From NCBI GenBank assembly GCA_033442325.1, contig JAWQFM010000014.1:1528095-1592094 (forward strand): a DNA stretch of 64,000 nt. The letters are read 5' to 3'. Each line of letters begins with the position of its first letter. Within the stretch, counting starts at the first letter, position 1. Positions 1 to 26,460 of the stretch are shown here, piece by piece. Source of the stretch: Salpingoeca rosetta (Eukaryota; Protista; Choanoflagellata). A model generated the notes under the pieces. The model ran no database searches and was not told the DNA's origin. It saw only the letters and a program-made list of their open reading frames with translations. The position numbers and the translations under genes are program-made.

Positions 1-288
1 GTATGAGAGGCGGTGTAAATGAAACGAAACACGCACGGCAAACGCATGAGTGGAATGTAGCGAATGTTGAACCGATGGGCTGGTAGGTCACGTAAGCAAC
101 ACGAAGACATGAAGGTGACACTGCAAAGACGAAGGGGAGGGGGTGACAATGGCAATAACTGTAGAACGCGGTCGAGCGTGTGGACGCCCGGAAACGTTGA
201 GGAGAGGCGGTGGGAACTCGAGAAATGAGAAGCAGTGAAGGCGGGCTCATCGTGCTTGAGATGACCTGGAAGAAGCGAGAGGGGCGCT

Positions 289-337
<49 letters not shown>

Positions 338-513
338 ACCCACACGCACCCACACACACACACACACACACGCACACACACACACACACATGCACACACA
401 AATCACATCACATCACACACACACACACAAATCATCATCACATCACACACACACACACAAATCACATCACATCACACACACACGCACACACACACAAGCA
501 CACGACATTGCGG

Positions 514-5815
<5,302 letters not shown>

Positions 5816-6211
5816 TATTGTTTGTTTCCGTCACAGGGAGGGAGAGAGAGAGACAGACAGAGGGGTGAGCGAGGGCAAGGAGAGTTGACGGAAGCTCCAA
5901 CAAACAACAAACAAACAACAACAACAACAGCAAACCAACAGAACCAAACACACTGCACACAAGGCACACGATATCGCCAAACGCACATCCATCCTTTGTT
6001 TGCGTTTGGGCAGTCGTCCTCTCTCTTGGGAAATAATTGCACCATCTAGTCAGCCACTATCGCGTGCAAGGAAGTGCACACAAGACAATAGAAGAAGGAA
6101 AACAAGCAGGAACGCAGAGCAGGCAGCGAGCAGCAGCAGCTTGGACCGACATCAGGTCCGCAAACACTCGGTGCAGCAGGTACTGTTGACACAGGCACAC
6201 ACGCAGCGGAA

Positions 6212-7887
<1,676 letters not shown>

Positions 7888-7895
7888 TATAGTGC

Positions 7896-7993
<98 letters not shown>

Positions 7994-8192
7994 CCTTGAT
8001 ATGCTATGACGATGCTCTCTTCTGTATTGCTCGCTGAACGTGGCGAACATGTACCAGTACAAACGCCAAAGCTGGTGCTCGCGCTTACAGCTGCCAATCC
8101 ATGTGGGCCGGGCACAGTACATCTGTACCACCACGCGCCACACACACAGACACACACAGACACACAGACACACAGACACACACACACACACA

Positions 8193-8244
<52 letters not shown>

Positions 8245-8280
8245 CACACACACACACACGCACACACATACAAGGCTAAG

Positions 8281-8445
8281 CTAGCTGCTGTGGTTGAGGA
8301 AGTTGACAAAGAGGGCGCCGATGGCTTTGGTGTCGGATACGGGATGGCTCTTCGTGTATGTGATGAACTGTGAACACCATGGAAGAGATGCGTCAGCCGG
8401 CATGTGAGCCATCGTGTGGGGTGAACGGCACATGCAAGCATACAC

Positions 8446-8488
<43 letters not shown>

Positions 8489-9276
8489 GCACGCACACAC
8501 ACATACACACACGCACGCACGCACGCACACACACAACAGCTTACTGCTTGTCTGCTGCGTCGCAACTCGGACATGGTAAACTTGCGCTTGACATGGACCT
8601 TTGCGTCCGTCTCGGGAACAGCAAGATCATCGCCAACCACGGCCGTGCGCATCTCCTTCAGGATGGCGGCGACAATCGCCTGCGTGATGCGATCCAGCTC
8701 GTACAGGAAGTTGGTGGCGGATATGGGCTGGGATTGCGTCGCTTGATGTGCCTTGACCACCTTCTCGGGCTCGAACAGGCACTTGTAGATGTCATCCAAG
8801 GGCAGCGTCTCCTCATGCGTGACGGCGAACGTGGGGCGGTCCCACCGCTGGTGGTCGTTGGGCGCCTCGAACCGCTGGATCAGCTTTGCCGCGTTGCCCT
8901 CCCCATATGGCGAGCCCAGCTCCTCGTGCCTGGCAATGCACTCCGCGTCCCTTGCCAGCGTGTGCACGATGCAGTGCGGCGTCTGCAGGGCGCGGGCGAG
9001 GCAGTACAGCTCGTACCGGTAGCCCTTGATGTAGTTGAGCGAGTCCACGATGACGACGACGTCCTTGGCGAGGGCGCGGTCCACGGCCGACTTGATCACG
9101 CCGCGTGTCGTCTTCTCCACCTTTGGCGTCTCGTATGCCCGCGCCAAGTCGATGCCCTCGCTCTCGTCACCCACAATCACGGACCGCACCCCTCGCTCCT
9201 GCATGTACGCGTGCACCTCCTTTGCCCGCCGCGTCTTGCCCGAGCACGGGAACCCGCACAGCACCACAAGCGGCAT
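8281..9276 (-). CDS. KTI12: KTI12 Elongator-associated P-loop protein, 2 exons
   Basis: MPLVVLCGFPCSGKT P-loop; VIVDSLNYIKGYRYELYC; RFEAPNDHQRWDRP; NFLYELDRITQAIV; spliced C-terminus RQAFITYTKSHP..LFVNFLN. Confidence 0.95.
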
Positions 9277-9824
9277 CGTCGAGGCTGGTGTTATGTACTC
9301 AGGCTGTTGTTGTTTGTGTTGGTCAGTGTGCACGTGGACGTGGTGGCAGCTTGTTGTTGTTGGCTTTGTTGTGTTTGGCTGCTTGCTTGACGAAGTTGTG
9401 TTTCATTGTAACAGTTGAGACCAAGGCAAGTTGTGGTCGGTAACAAAGGGGCACACTCTCTGTGCTGGCAAGGTAACATAACGGAGCAAGCAAGAAGGCA
9501 AGACAACGAGCACACGAACAGTAGGGTGGACAAGGGGGTCATCACAGACCAACAAACCCAGGCTGGAGGGAACAAGGATTAGGCACACTTGCTAACGAAC
9601 TATGTAAACACACACGAACGCACACACACATGAACGCACACACACACGCACACGCACGCATGTGCGTTCACGACCACCGTCTGTTCGCATCACATCACAT
9701 CACATCACATCACATCGCATCACATCGCATCGCGTGACATATCTACTCACGCACTGGAACTCCACATGAGCAGCACAATGCAAAACCATCTGCTACAACA
9801 CCGCTCCCTGTTCTCGTCCACACG

Positions 9825-14767
<4,943 letters not shown>

Positions 14768-15766
14768 CTGGCAAGCCAATGCACAACGGAGTGAAGGAAG
14801 CAGGCAAGCGAGGAGGAGGAGAAGGAGCGCTCGTTCGTTTTGTTCTGGGTATGAGACGTGGAGTGGAGCAATGTGCGGCGATTGATATGCAGCGAGCGTG
14901 TTCAGTCCAACAAAACATGGGAGACAAAGCCAAAGACGAGGCAAAAGGCAAAACAAAACAAGCAAGGAGAAAACAACAGCGGGTGCAACTTGCACCACAA
15001 CGCGGGCAAACGTTTGGTGTTGGCTTTGTTTGTCTTGCCACGTGTGTGTGTGTGTGTGTGTGTGATAGTGACAGAGAGAGAGAGAAGGAAGGGTGAAAGG
15101 GAACGGACAACAAGCAAGCAACAAAGACAAGTAGACAAAGCGACAAAGGACAGCGGCTTCGCTAGCTTGCTTGTTTGCTAGGTTGATTGAGCGAGCGAGT
15201 GGCTTGCGGGCTTGTTTTGCGGATGGCGTCGTCGCAACCCACAACCACACACACGACGAAGAAAGGAAGAAGACCAAGCAAGCCGACACAACAAAAGGCA
15301 AAGCCCATCGATGTGGGGAGTGGTGGGTCACGCCCGTCCCACGGGAAGTGGCCGAAGGTGAACGATTGGGAAGAGAACAAAGAGACACGGCACATGCATG
15401 GAAGTGGACATAGGCTCAGTGTCACGTCAGTGACTGACATGTTGTTGTTGTTTTTGCATCGCTCATCTTCTTCTTCCACGCCAAGGCAAGGCAATCGCAT
15501 CTGTTCGAGGGGGGGGGTTTGCCTTCGCTCCCCATCGCCACACCCTTCGCCACGGCGCACTTCCCTCCGTCCAGTCATTGCAGAAAATTGTACAGAATTT
15601 TACACAAATCATCTACAACGGGCCAAAACAGAGACAGGTGGTAAGCGTGTGGGAAGTGGTGCTGGGTGGCGAATGCGATGTGAGCTGGATGTGAGCTGAG
15701 GCATGGGCGCACACACGTGAGCACCCAGCATCACAGTCATCAAATCATCATTGGTTGGCGTGTGGA

Positions 15767-15872
15767 TCAGGCGTAGAAGCTGTCGATGAGCTCCTCGTAC
15801 TGCTTCACGACAATGGGGCGACGCAGCTTGAGCGTGGGGCCAAGCTCGCCACCAGGCACGCTAAGTTTGTTT

Positions 15873-15913
<41 letters not shown>

Positions 15914-16299
15914 TGTGCGAGTGTGCGTGAATACAACATTGCATATGTATGAATGCAACGGCATCACCACACCCGTTACCACGACCACTGCCACAATCAC
16001 CGCAAACACGACCACCCAAGGCGCCCCCCTCCCCCCACCTCTCTCTCTCTCTCTGATTTGTTGCTACGGTCTGACCTAAAGTCGCGTGGGAGGATCTTGA
16101 ACTTCTGCACCTTCTGGGCGCGGGAGACGGCGTGCTTGTTGGCCTCATCAATGCCGGCCTGAATGTACTTGAGAACGTGCTCGTCGTCCATCGCCTCCGT
16201 CACAGTCTTGGCCTTGGAGCCTTGCCTGCGGTTGGTGGTGGGAAATGGTGCGTGCGTGCGCGTGTGTGTGCGTGTGTGTGTGTGTGTGTGTGGTGTGTG

Positions 16300-16364
<65 letters not shown>

Positions 16365-16440
16365 TTGGTTGAAGCGGAGTGGCGAACAAAGGTGGTGCCA
16401 TGTGATGAATGGTTACGTGATGCTCACACTCCAACGACAT

Positions 16441-16476
<36 letters not shown>

Positions 16477-16897
16477 ACACAAGGTGGTCACAGCACACCA
16501 TTCCATCCATCAACCTCCCCCTCACCAGCGCAACTCCCACCACCACTGCAATGCAACGCACGCTTCGAGGATCTCGATGGTCTGGGGGGTGAGCTCGTCC
16601 AGGGGGGCGGTTGTCTCCGGGTCAACCTCGGACTTGAGGCAGACGAGCAGCGACAGGAACTTGCGGCGGTCCCCAATCAGCATGCAGTTGCTGATGATCG
16701 GGCAGTTCTCCTTCACCAGCTGCAGAGAGAAGGAGAGAGAGAGGAGGATGGGAGGATGGGAGGGGATGGGAAGAGAAGGTGGTGGTTTGGGTGGGTCAGT
16801 GAGTGTAGCGCAGAGGGGGTGGACAGGAAGGAGGGGATGGGAAGAGGGTCGCAGCATCAACACACGCATATGCACACACACACACACACACGCACAC

Positions 16898-16966
<69 letters not shown>

Positions 16967-17630
16967 ACAACAACAACCGCAAGCAAGCACACAACGCACG
17001 TTCTCGATGGGGACGGGCGCAACGTTTTCGCCGCCGGCGGTGATGATGATCTCCTTGATGCGGCCCGTGATGTAGAGGTACCCGTCCTCGTCCACCCGCC
17101 CAATGTCGCCAGAGTGCAGCCAGCCCTCGGCATCAATCGACTCCCGTGTCTTCTCCTCGTTGTACATGTACCTGCACACCCGGCGTCAAGATAAAGTGTG
17201 TGGTGGGGGGGGGGCGGGGGTGAGGTGAGGTGAAGGGAAATGAGTGGGCGGGGGGAGTTGTGAGAGATGACAACACGAACAAACGACGGCAGAGATGACA
17301 ACACGCAGGAGCATGGGCAGAACACAAACCGCATGAAGTTTGACATGCGAGCCTGCGACACAACCACACACACGAACACGAACAACACTAAAATACACAC
17401 GTGAAACAACGATGCCCCCCCCCCCACTTTCGAGACACTGCGCACAATACGCACCCCTTGCAGATGTGCCTTCCCCTGAAGCAGATCTCGCCGTTGCCGT
17501 CCTGGTCTGGCTCGTGGATCTTGAGCTCCGTGCCGGCGAGCGGCAGGCCGACCGAGCCCGTTCGGTGCTTCCCGGGAATGTTCAGCGACTGCGGGCCCGT
17601 GTTCTCGGACATGCCATACACCTCCATGAC

Positions 17631-17662
<32 letters not shown>

Positions 17663-19547
17663 CGTGTTGTGTGTTGTGTGTTGTGTGTTGTGTGTTGTGT
17701 GTTGTGTGTTGTGTGTGTGAAATTACACTGCGAGATACTGTGAAGGTGGTTTGAGGAAAAGCATCCACAATAATCACCCTCGCAACACGCAACCCCCCCC
17801 CCCCGGGGGAAAGAAGCTCTTTGCATGGCCTCACTTGGGATGTTGATGGAGAGGAAGTACTCGAGCGTGTCCTTTGAGATTGGGGCGGCGGCGGTGGCAA
17901 AGAACTTGCACCGGTCAAGCCCAAGCGCCTTGCGCACCTTCGAAAACACAAGCCTGTTTGGGGTGGGGGGTGGTAGTAGTTGCAGGGTGGGGATGAGCGG
18001 TGTGCAGGGGGGGGGGTGGTGAAAGCGTCAAGGGGCTTGAGGCATCGAGAGCTCACAACGACAGCAGATGCACACACAAACGCACATGCACACGCACGCA
18101 CACAGACAAGTGCACACACACAAACACACAGACAGACAAGCACACACACACACAGACAAGCACACAAACACACAGACAAGCATGCACACGCACACACACA
18201 CACATCGCACACCATACACACTATGCTCACTTCTTTGCGACGCCCCAGCCGCTAGGCACGGGCCGCCCCTGCTGGATGGCGTATGCGCCATCGAGACCCT
18301 TGCGCTTGGCCCACGTGCCAATCTTCTTCTTCAGGCCCGTCGTCTCGCTGCCAACAGCCCGCATCTTCTCCTCAATCTTCTCCCACACGCGCGGGACGCC
18401 AAGGAACACCGTTGGGCGCACCTCCTGCAGCGTCTGCACCAGCGTTCCCTTGAGCGCAGTCGGCTGACGATGGCGACAGTGGTGGTGGTGGTGATGATGA
18501 TGGTGGTGGTGGTGGTGGTGGTGTTAGTGATGTGGTGCGTGGGGAAGCAGACAGGAAGGCGTGCACAAGCAGAGGAAACTCTCATAAAATGACAAACAGA
18601 GCAACCACAACAACAACGCACACACACACACACACACAACTGCATGCACACATGCACACACATGTACACACGCGCGTACATATGCATGCACACATGCACA
18701 CACATGCGCACACACGCGTACATATCACACAACCGCACGCACATTACTGCACCACACACGCACAAGTACAACCACCACGCTTCATCGCACCTGAGCAAAC
18801 CAGACGGTTGCGCCAAGGATCATGGGCGCGTGCATGTCCAGAATCTGCGCAGCAATGTGCGACAGCGGGAGGTAGCTGACAATGTGCTCCTTGCCAAACG
18901 TCATGTTGGGCAGAGAGGCGGCAAGCGTGGCGGACGTCCACGTGACGTTGTCGTGCGTGATCATGACGCCTTTGGGGTTACCCGTCGTGCCAGACGTGTA
19001 GATGAGCATGCAGCACTGCCCGGGCTTCTGCACACTCATGCGGTGGCCAAGTTCAAAGTCCGGCACGTCTGGTGCAACAAACAAAAGGCGTGCGGTGGGA
19101 GGAGTGGCGAGGTGGTTGTGGTGGTGGTATTGGTGGAGGAGAGAGAGTGGTGGTGATGAATGACTGCATGCAATCGGTTGTCTGTATGACATTTCAACAA
19201 CATGTCGTGGCAAGGAGATGCATGTGCACAGGTGTAGCAGCAACAACAGCAAACACGCAACAACAATGGGAACCACACCTGCGCCGTGGCGCATGAACTC
19301 GTCCCAGTCCAGGATGGGGACGGTGCACTCCACATCAGGCACCGTGTCGTTGTACAGCACAATCGCCTTGAGATGCTCAAAGTTCTGGTGCACCTGTTGC
19401 CGCGCGCATTGGCATCGGCGAAGGCGGAGCAGGGGGGGGGGGACGGACGCAGGGGGCATGGTTGAGCAGGGACGAAGAAAGAAAGAAGGGGGAGTTTGTG
19501 TGAGTGAGTGTGTGTGAGTGAGTGTGAGTGAATGAGTGTGTGAGTGA

Positions 19548-19582
<35 letters not shown>

Positions 19583-19835
19583 GGGTTGATGGGGCGAACA
19601 ACGTTGATCCAGCGGCTGCATATCGTCGACCAACACACAGGGAACAGCACGGCAAGGGCACGTGCGCGCCCTCCTCCAGTCGCAATGACAACACCAGCGC
19701 ACCTGCAGGATCTTATCCAGCTGCTTCTTGTCTTCGGCAACAATGATCTGGGTCTTGGAGTGGTTCACCACATACTCAATCGCCTCCGGCCCGTTGGTCG
19801 TGTCTGTGGTGCAGAGAGAAAGAGAGAGAGTGTGT

Positions 19836-19894
<59 letters not shown>

Positions 19895-19907
19895 TGTGTG
19901 TGTGTGT

Positions 19908-19949
<42 letters not shown>

Positions 19950-20427
19950 CTCTCCCTCTGTGTGTGCGTGTCTCTCCCTCTGTGTGTGCGGGGGTGTCTG
20001 TGTCGATGTGGGTGTCTGCAACTCTGTCCATCCACCCTTCAGCCTGTCCGTGACGACTACTACAAGCGTGGTGTTGGACGTACAGATGCCCGTGGCAAAG
20101 CCGCCGGCGAAGATGGCGCCAAGGTCGGCGATAAACCACTCGGGGCTGTTGAAGCCGATGATGCCGACGGCGTGGTGCGCGTCGAGGCCAAGCTTGATGA
20201 AGGCGCGGCCGGCCATCTTGACGTCCTCGTAGAAGTCGCGCCACGTCCACTGCTGCCACGCGCCATCCCGGCTCACGCACAGCGCGGGGCGGTCGCCGAC
20301 TTTCTGTTGGGTGTTTTGGAAAGGGGGGGGGGGAGTGTGCAAGCGAGTGAAGGGCAGGGGGGGGGCGGTGAGGGAGTGATTATGTGGGTGAGGTAAGGGA
20401 GGAGTGCGCGACCGAATAAACAACCAC

Positions 20428-20463
<36 letters not shown>

Positions 20464-20473
20464 CCACACACAC

Positions 20474-20530
<57 letters not shown>

Positions 20531-20863
20531 CGCACACACACACACACTACCTCGACGGTCTCCTTGAAGCGCTGCATGACAGTGATGGGCTCCGCGGAGG
20601 CGGCGCCATCCGGCGTGATCTTGAGATCGACCTGTCATGTCATGTCATCATCATGGCAACAATTTGCCATTGTAAACGTGTGTTTGTGATATAGTCAGGC
20701 AAGAGTGAGGGCGTGTTTCAAGGCCAAAAGGACAGCAGTGACAACGCGACAAGCAAGGAAAATCATATCATCACACTCCTTTCTCTTGCAAACAAACGAG
20801 AATCAAACACACACACACACACACCTCGCCATCGGCGGTCACATCAAAGTGCTTGAGGCTCAT
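15767..20863 (-). CDS. ACSBG: Long-chain fatty-acid-CoA ligase, bubblegum (ACSBG) family, multi-exon
   Basis: [21 protein letters not shown]; [20 protein letters not shown]; [11 protein letters not shown]; EVYGMSE; [32 protein letters not shown]; [18 protein letters not shown] stop. Confidence 0.93.
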
Positions 20864-20871
20864 CGCGCGGG

Positions 20872-20910
<39 letters not shown>

Positions 20911-21400
20911 GAGACAGGAAGAGGGATTGAAGAGGGTGCAATCGATCGATCAATGACGATGGTGGGCGTGGAGGCACGGAAAATAAAGTGGAGCGCTGCC
21001 ACAACAAAACACCCACAAACACAGGCCTTGAGCAAGACTGAAAGCCTGAATTCAGTCGACTGCTTTCTGTGTTGTCACGTCAAACGCAAACCAAAGACGC
21101 TCTTGCTTGCCTGCGCGCTTGTTCACTTCACACATCACTTCACTGCATTGCTGCTAACCAAGCCAAGCCAAGCCGAGCCAAATCGAAAAGACACAGACCG
21201 AGGGGGGGGGGGGCAGAAAAGACCACACACACAGAAAGCTCAAACCAATGCCTGCAGGCAACACAACACACACACGCACACAAGCACATGGCAACAAGAT
21301 CTTACACACACACACGCACACACACGCACACACACAGAGCAAGTACAACACTACATCGTACTGCATGCACACATGCACATACATGCACACACACATCAAA

Positions 21401-23126
21401 TCAGTGCTGCCTGGCGTTGAGGATGGTGCTGGCCCAGCGGTGCGCGTCTGCAAACGCCAGCGTCTTCTGCTTCCACTCTGGCGGAATGAATGCAAGCGCA
21501 ACGCTGCCCAGGTGGCGGTCCAGGGCGTCCTCCTCATCGCCGCCACCCACTTCACTGTCCAGCCCATCCCCATCGCCACCGCCGCCGCTGCCGCCGTCAA
21601 AACTGCTCCCGCTGCTGGTATCCGCTGCCGCTGATGCAAGCACCCCAGCCAGGTAGCCGCCGAGCAGGGCGCCAATCACGCCGCACCGGCTCGCACAGCA
21701 CCCGCCCTGGCGCATGGCCTCCCGCATGCACTCCACATACACACGCCTACACTCCGCGACCAACTCGTCCATGGTCACACGCTCCTGTCCAGTGGCGCCG
21801 CCGCCTCCACGACTGCCATCACCACCTTCTCCTCCACCAGAACGACCCTCGCCATTCAGGTCATTGCCATTCAGCTTTTCACCACCTCCAACACCACCAT
21901 CACCTCCAACACCACCATCACCACCGCTATCGCAGCTGCCGTGGCTGCCTCGCTGCTGGAGCGCGGGCGCCTGGGCCAGGTGGTGCAGCACGGCGTGCAC
22001 GGGGGTCTGGTAGCTGTTGGGGGTGTGGCAGTTCCTGCCCAGCTCATCCACGGCCTCGCGCACGTCCGCCCACACGCTCCACCGCAGCGGCTGGTACATG
22101 TGACCCGCCACCAGGTACAGCTCGTCGGCCGCAACCTCCTCCCGCGCCGTGCCAGCGCGTGCCACCCGCTCCTCCACGCGCTGCAGCGCGCCTTGCACGG
22201 CGTCGTGCGGATGCGTGCCGCGCGCAAGCACAGGGTCGAGCACGTATGCGCCCAGCGTCGCCCACGCCACGGCCTCGGGCATGTTCTGCGTGACGCGCGT
22301 CGTCTGCTCCACCACCGCGTGCAAGGTACCGGTGTCCGCGCCGCTGAAGGCGCACAGGAGCGGGGCGAGCCGGGTGATGCAGTTGATCTGCTTGTCGCGC
22401 GCGCCGCTCTCTGGCGGGCGTTTGCCAAGCGCCCAGTTGCGCAGAAACCCCTTGCATGACGCGTCCCGGTAGCCGTTGCAGCGCACGTGCCAGTTCCCGC
22501 CAAACGCAGCGGCAAACCGCCGCGCATACAGGAACGTGTCCAGCTTGCCGTCCTTGGCCAGGGCCTCCAGCAGCACCAGCGCCTGCTCGCCGTAAGGCGA
22601 GTTGCGGCCCACCTCGTACGTGAAGTGCTCGTTGGCAGGCGGATCCATAAACTCGAGGCCGGCGTGGCCGTGACGTCGCACCTGCTGCGCCTCAAACCGC
22701 CGCAGCTTCTCCGGCGAATACACCCACTGCACGCCGTTGGCCGAAGCGTCTCCGACAACGGCGCCCAACACGGCCCCAAGGCAGCGGCACCGCGCTAGCC
22801 GCCGCTCGCGAGCACACGCACCAGGCAGCGCAGGAAACAGCGCGCTGAACCGGTACCCGCTTGCCATTGCCTCGCTGTCATCGCTGTCATCGCTGTCGTC
22901 ACTGCTGGACACGGAGAGGGTGTCGTCATCACCGTCGTCATTGTCATCGTCGTCGTCGTCAGCAAAATCATCGTTGGTTGTGGTGGCAGTGCTCTCGCCA
23001 TTGCTGTTGGCGCGCATGCCGGCAAGGAGAGAGGGTGCAGGGTCAGGGGCACTGTCCATCTCTGCAAATGGCGTTGCCAATGAATTGATATCCTCAATCA
23101 TCACAGTTGGCAGGAACGGGTGATTT

Positions 23127-23177
<51 letters not shown>

Positions 23178-23779
23178 TGCTTGGCCTGTTGGCTCTGTGG
23201 CTGTACCTTTGCCTGTGGCTGCTGCTGCTGCTGCTGTGGCTGTGTTTGTGTTTGTGGCTGGAAGGGTGCAGTGGGTATTGCGGCCAAGTTGAACCTGCTT
23301 TTCGTCTTTGCGCCTGCCGTTACTGCTGTTGCTGCTGAAGGTGTGGCGTTGTTGTTGGTCATGGAAGTGACAGTGGCAGTGGCAGCAGGGGGACCTTTGC
23401 TGCTGCCGGTGTTTGTGCTAGCGCAACTGCTTTCTGGCGGCGTGTCCTTCATGGTCATCATCTTGGCTGCTTTGGCGGGACGATCCCCTTCCTTGTCACA
23501 TGCTTGCTGCTGCTGTTGTTGTTGTTGCTGCTGTTGTTGTTGCTGTAGTTGTTGTTTGCGTCTGCGTCGTTGGCGCTTCCTGAGCTTTGCGATGCGCAGA
23601 GCCAGCTCGATGGCGTCGTCGTCCCGCTGCCGATACTGCCGATACACGAGCACGGCCTCATCGTAGCTTGCTTGCTTGTTCAGCTCCTGCGCCTGCACGT
23701 GTAGCTCCTCAGCCTCCTCCTCCGCCTTGCGCATCCGCGCCAGCAACGCTGCCTCCCTCTTCCTCTCTCCCGTCATCAT
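21401..23779 (-). CDS. ADP-ribosylglycohydrolase-fold protein, selenoprotein J / crystallin J1 type (Cys form), with N-terminal coiled-coil/polyQ extension; intronless
   Basis: GAVLGAVVGDASANGVQWVY, GRNSPYGEQALVLLEAL, YRDASCKGFL, DKQINCITRLAPL, GRNCHTPNSYQ and GGCCASRCGVIGALLGG are motifs typical of the SelJ/J1-crystallin clade. Confidence 0.8.
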
Positions 23780-24069
23780 GAGCCCTCGTTGTCGTCCTTG
23801 TTGTTGCTCGCTGCTTGCTTGCTTGCTCCGCTGTTGTGAATGTGCTGACTCAGCAGAAATGTGCGATGGTGCATTATGTATTTTTTTTTCTGGCTGTGCT
23901 GTGCTGTGCTGTGCTCGGAACAAGAGACAGAAGAGACGGGAAAGACGACCACCACCCCCCTCCTCTGCCCATATCCAAACACAGACACCCACAAGGACAA
24001 CAGACACCCACAAGGACAACACTCACACACGCACACAACACTCACACACGCACGCACACGTGTTTCAGC

Positions 24070-24998
24070 ATGGGAGACTTGGACGCAATTCACAAGAATG
24101 CGTTTGGGGAAGCCGGCCCTGCGCCCGTGTGGTTTCATGGGCGCGTGGACCGCGCAGATGTGGAGGCGCGGCTGACGGGCATGCCGGACGGCACGTTCCT
24201 CATCCGCGACTCGACGTCCAGCGTGGGCGACTTTGTCATGTCCGTGAGCGAGCTCGGGCGCACCAGCCACTACAAGATTGCGCGGCTCGGCAACAACCAG
24301 TACACGGTGGGCGACCAGACGTTCATGAACCTGCCGGCGATCATCGAGTACTACCAGCGGCACTTGCTGGAGCAGACGACGCTGTCTGCACCGCTGCCGC
24401 TCGACTCGGCCTTCCAGAACGGCCGCCTGGTGGACAACTTCTTGTTTGAGGCGCGCGCCCTGTACAACTTCAACGCGCGCGACCCAGAGGACCTCAGCTT
24501 CCGCAAGGGGGAGGTGCTCAACATCCTGCAGAAGCACGAGGAGCAGTGGTGGAAGGCGCAGTCGCAGAAGACGCTGCAGATTGGCTGCATCCCCTCCAAC
24601 TACGTGCAGCCGCTCAACCAGCCCGAGCCAACAAACACAGCCCCGCCAGGTGGCAGCAACTTTGCCCGCACAGACAGCGTGATGCGGCCCGGTGCGTCGG
24701 ACCAGCCCATCTACGCCAACGACGACGACGACGACCTCGCGGCCATCGACGTCACACCCGTGCAGCCGCCACCCACGCAGCAGCAGCAGGCGCCGCCGTC
24801 TTCCCTCCGCGTGTCGACTGAGCAAGCGCAGGCGGCCATGACCGAGTTCCTGCCCCGCATCACATCCCACGAGATTCCAACAGAGCGGCCCAAGTTCCTC
24901 ATTGCGCGCGCGCTCATGGACCGCGGCTCCAACGCCTGGGATCCAACCTCCCTCGCCTTCAAGGTGTGCTTGTGTGTGTGTGTGTGTGTGTTTCTGTG

Positions 24999-25030
<32 letters not shown>

Positions 25031-25447
25031 ATTGTGCGTGTGTGTGTGTGTGTTTCTGTGTGTGTGTTTCTGTGTGTGCGTTTTGTGTGTGCGTGCACCC
25101 CATGTGCATCTGGCTTACTCGTGTGTGGCTGGTCATGGACGGTGCAGGAGAACGACATCATTCAAATCACAAAGCAAAACGCCAATGGCCTCTGGGAAGG
25201 AAAGATCATGGACCAAGACGGCAACGTGTGTTTTGCGCGCTTTCTGTGTGTGTTTGCGTGTGTGCGTGTATTCTGGTGTGTACGTGTGTGTCTGTGTATG
25301 CGTGTGTGTACGTGTGTGTCTGTGTATGCGTGTGTGTACGTGTTTGTCAGTGTCTGTCTGTCTATGACGGCCTGGCTGGAGTCGGCCCTGCGTCGTGCAT
25401 CCTTGCAGTTTTCACGCAACTCACAACCCAATCTTTCACCCCCCCCC

Positions 25448-25509
<62 letters not shown>

Positions 25510-25731
25510 TCACTCACTCACTCACTCACTCACTCACTCACTCACTCACTCACTCACTCACTCACTCACTCACTCACTCACTCACTCACTCACTCACTCA
25601 CTCATCGGCAGGTTGGGCACTTTCCGTTTGTGATGGTTGAGCTGCTTGACTCTGGCGCGTACGACTCTGAGCTGCAGGCGGCGGAGGTGAAGTTCAACAC
25701 CATCATGGAGGACATTTACGGAAACATTTGA
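24070..25731 (+). CDS. CRK: Crk-family adaptor (SH2-SH3-SH3), 3 exons
   Basis: Exons 24070-24963, 25148-25225, 25612-25731. SH2 WFHGRVDR..GTFLIRDSTSSVGDFVMSVSE; SH3 ARALYNFNARDPEDLSFRKGE..EEQWWKA..GCIPSNYV; Crk-type C-SH3 ARALMDRGSNAWDPTSLAF..NANGLWEG..GHFPFVMVE. Confidence 0.92.
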
Positions 25732-26291
25732 TGATGATGACGATGATGATGATGATGATGAAGATGATGATGAAGATGGATAGATTGTGTGGTGTACAAC
25801 TTGGAAGCACGTGCATGTGCATGTGTGTCTGTCGTGGAGATTTGGCTCAGCACACTGTTGCGATGATTTGTTTGTGTTTGCGTATGTCTCTTCTTGCGTT
25901 GCTTTTGTTTTTGTTCTTTTGTTCTTCTTTGGCCCGTTATCACAGACCTTATCCCGGTTCCCCAATACACACGACCAAGGCAGCACTGCAACACTTGCAA
26001 CAACTGTTCCGCGTGCGGCTTCGTGTGCGTGTGTGTGTGCATCTTGTCCCATGCGACTGCGTTGCATTTTGCACACGCACACACACACACACACGCACAC
26101 ACACACACGTACACACACACACGCACACGCACACACACGCACACACACGCACACACACATGCACGCACACACACACACACACACACACTTCATGACGAGA
26201 AGGATTCGAGAAGAAATGGCAGCTACTTTACTCAAATGAGAATACGAGACACAAGGCGCTGGCCAGCAGCGCCCACCAAATGTGGCATGGC

Positions 26292-26423
<132 letters not shown>

Positions 26424-26460
26424 ACGGAAGGGGAGGAGTGAAACAGCCGTTGGGTGAGTG

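Noticed and set aside
1-290. Possible exon of a neighbouring gene at the window start
   Set aside because: No recognisable protein motif or confident splice pattern.
21300-22100. Selenocysteine recoding in the SelJ-like gene
   Set aside because: The relevant codon is TGC with no in-frame TGA, and no SECIS was recognisable.
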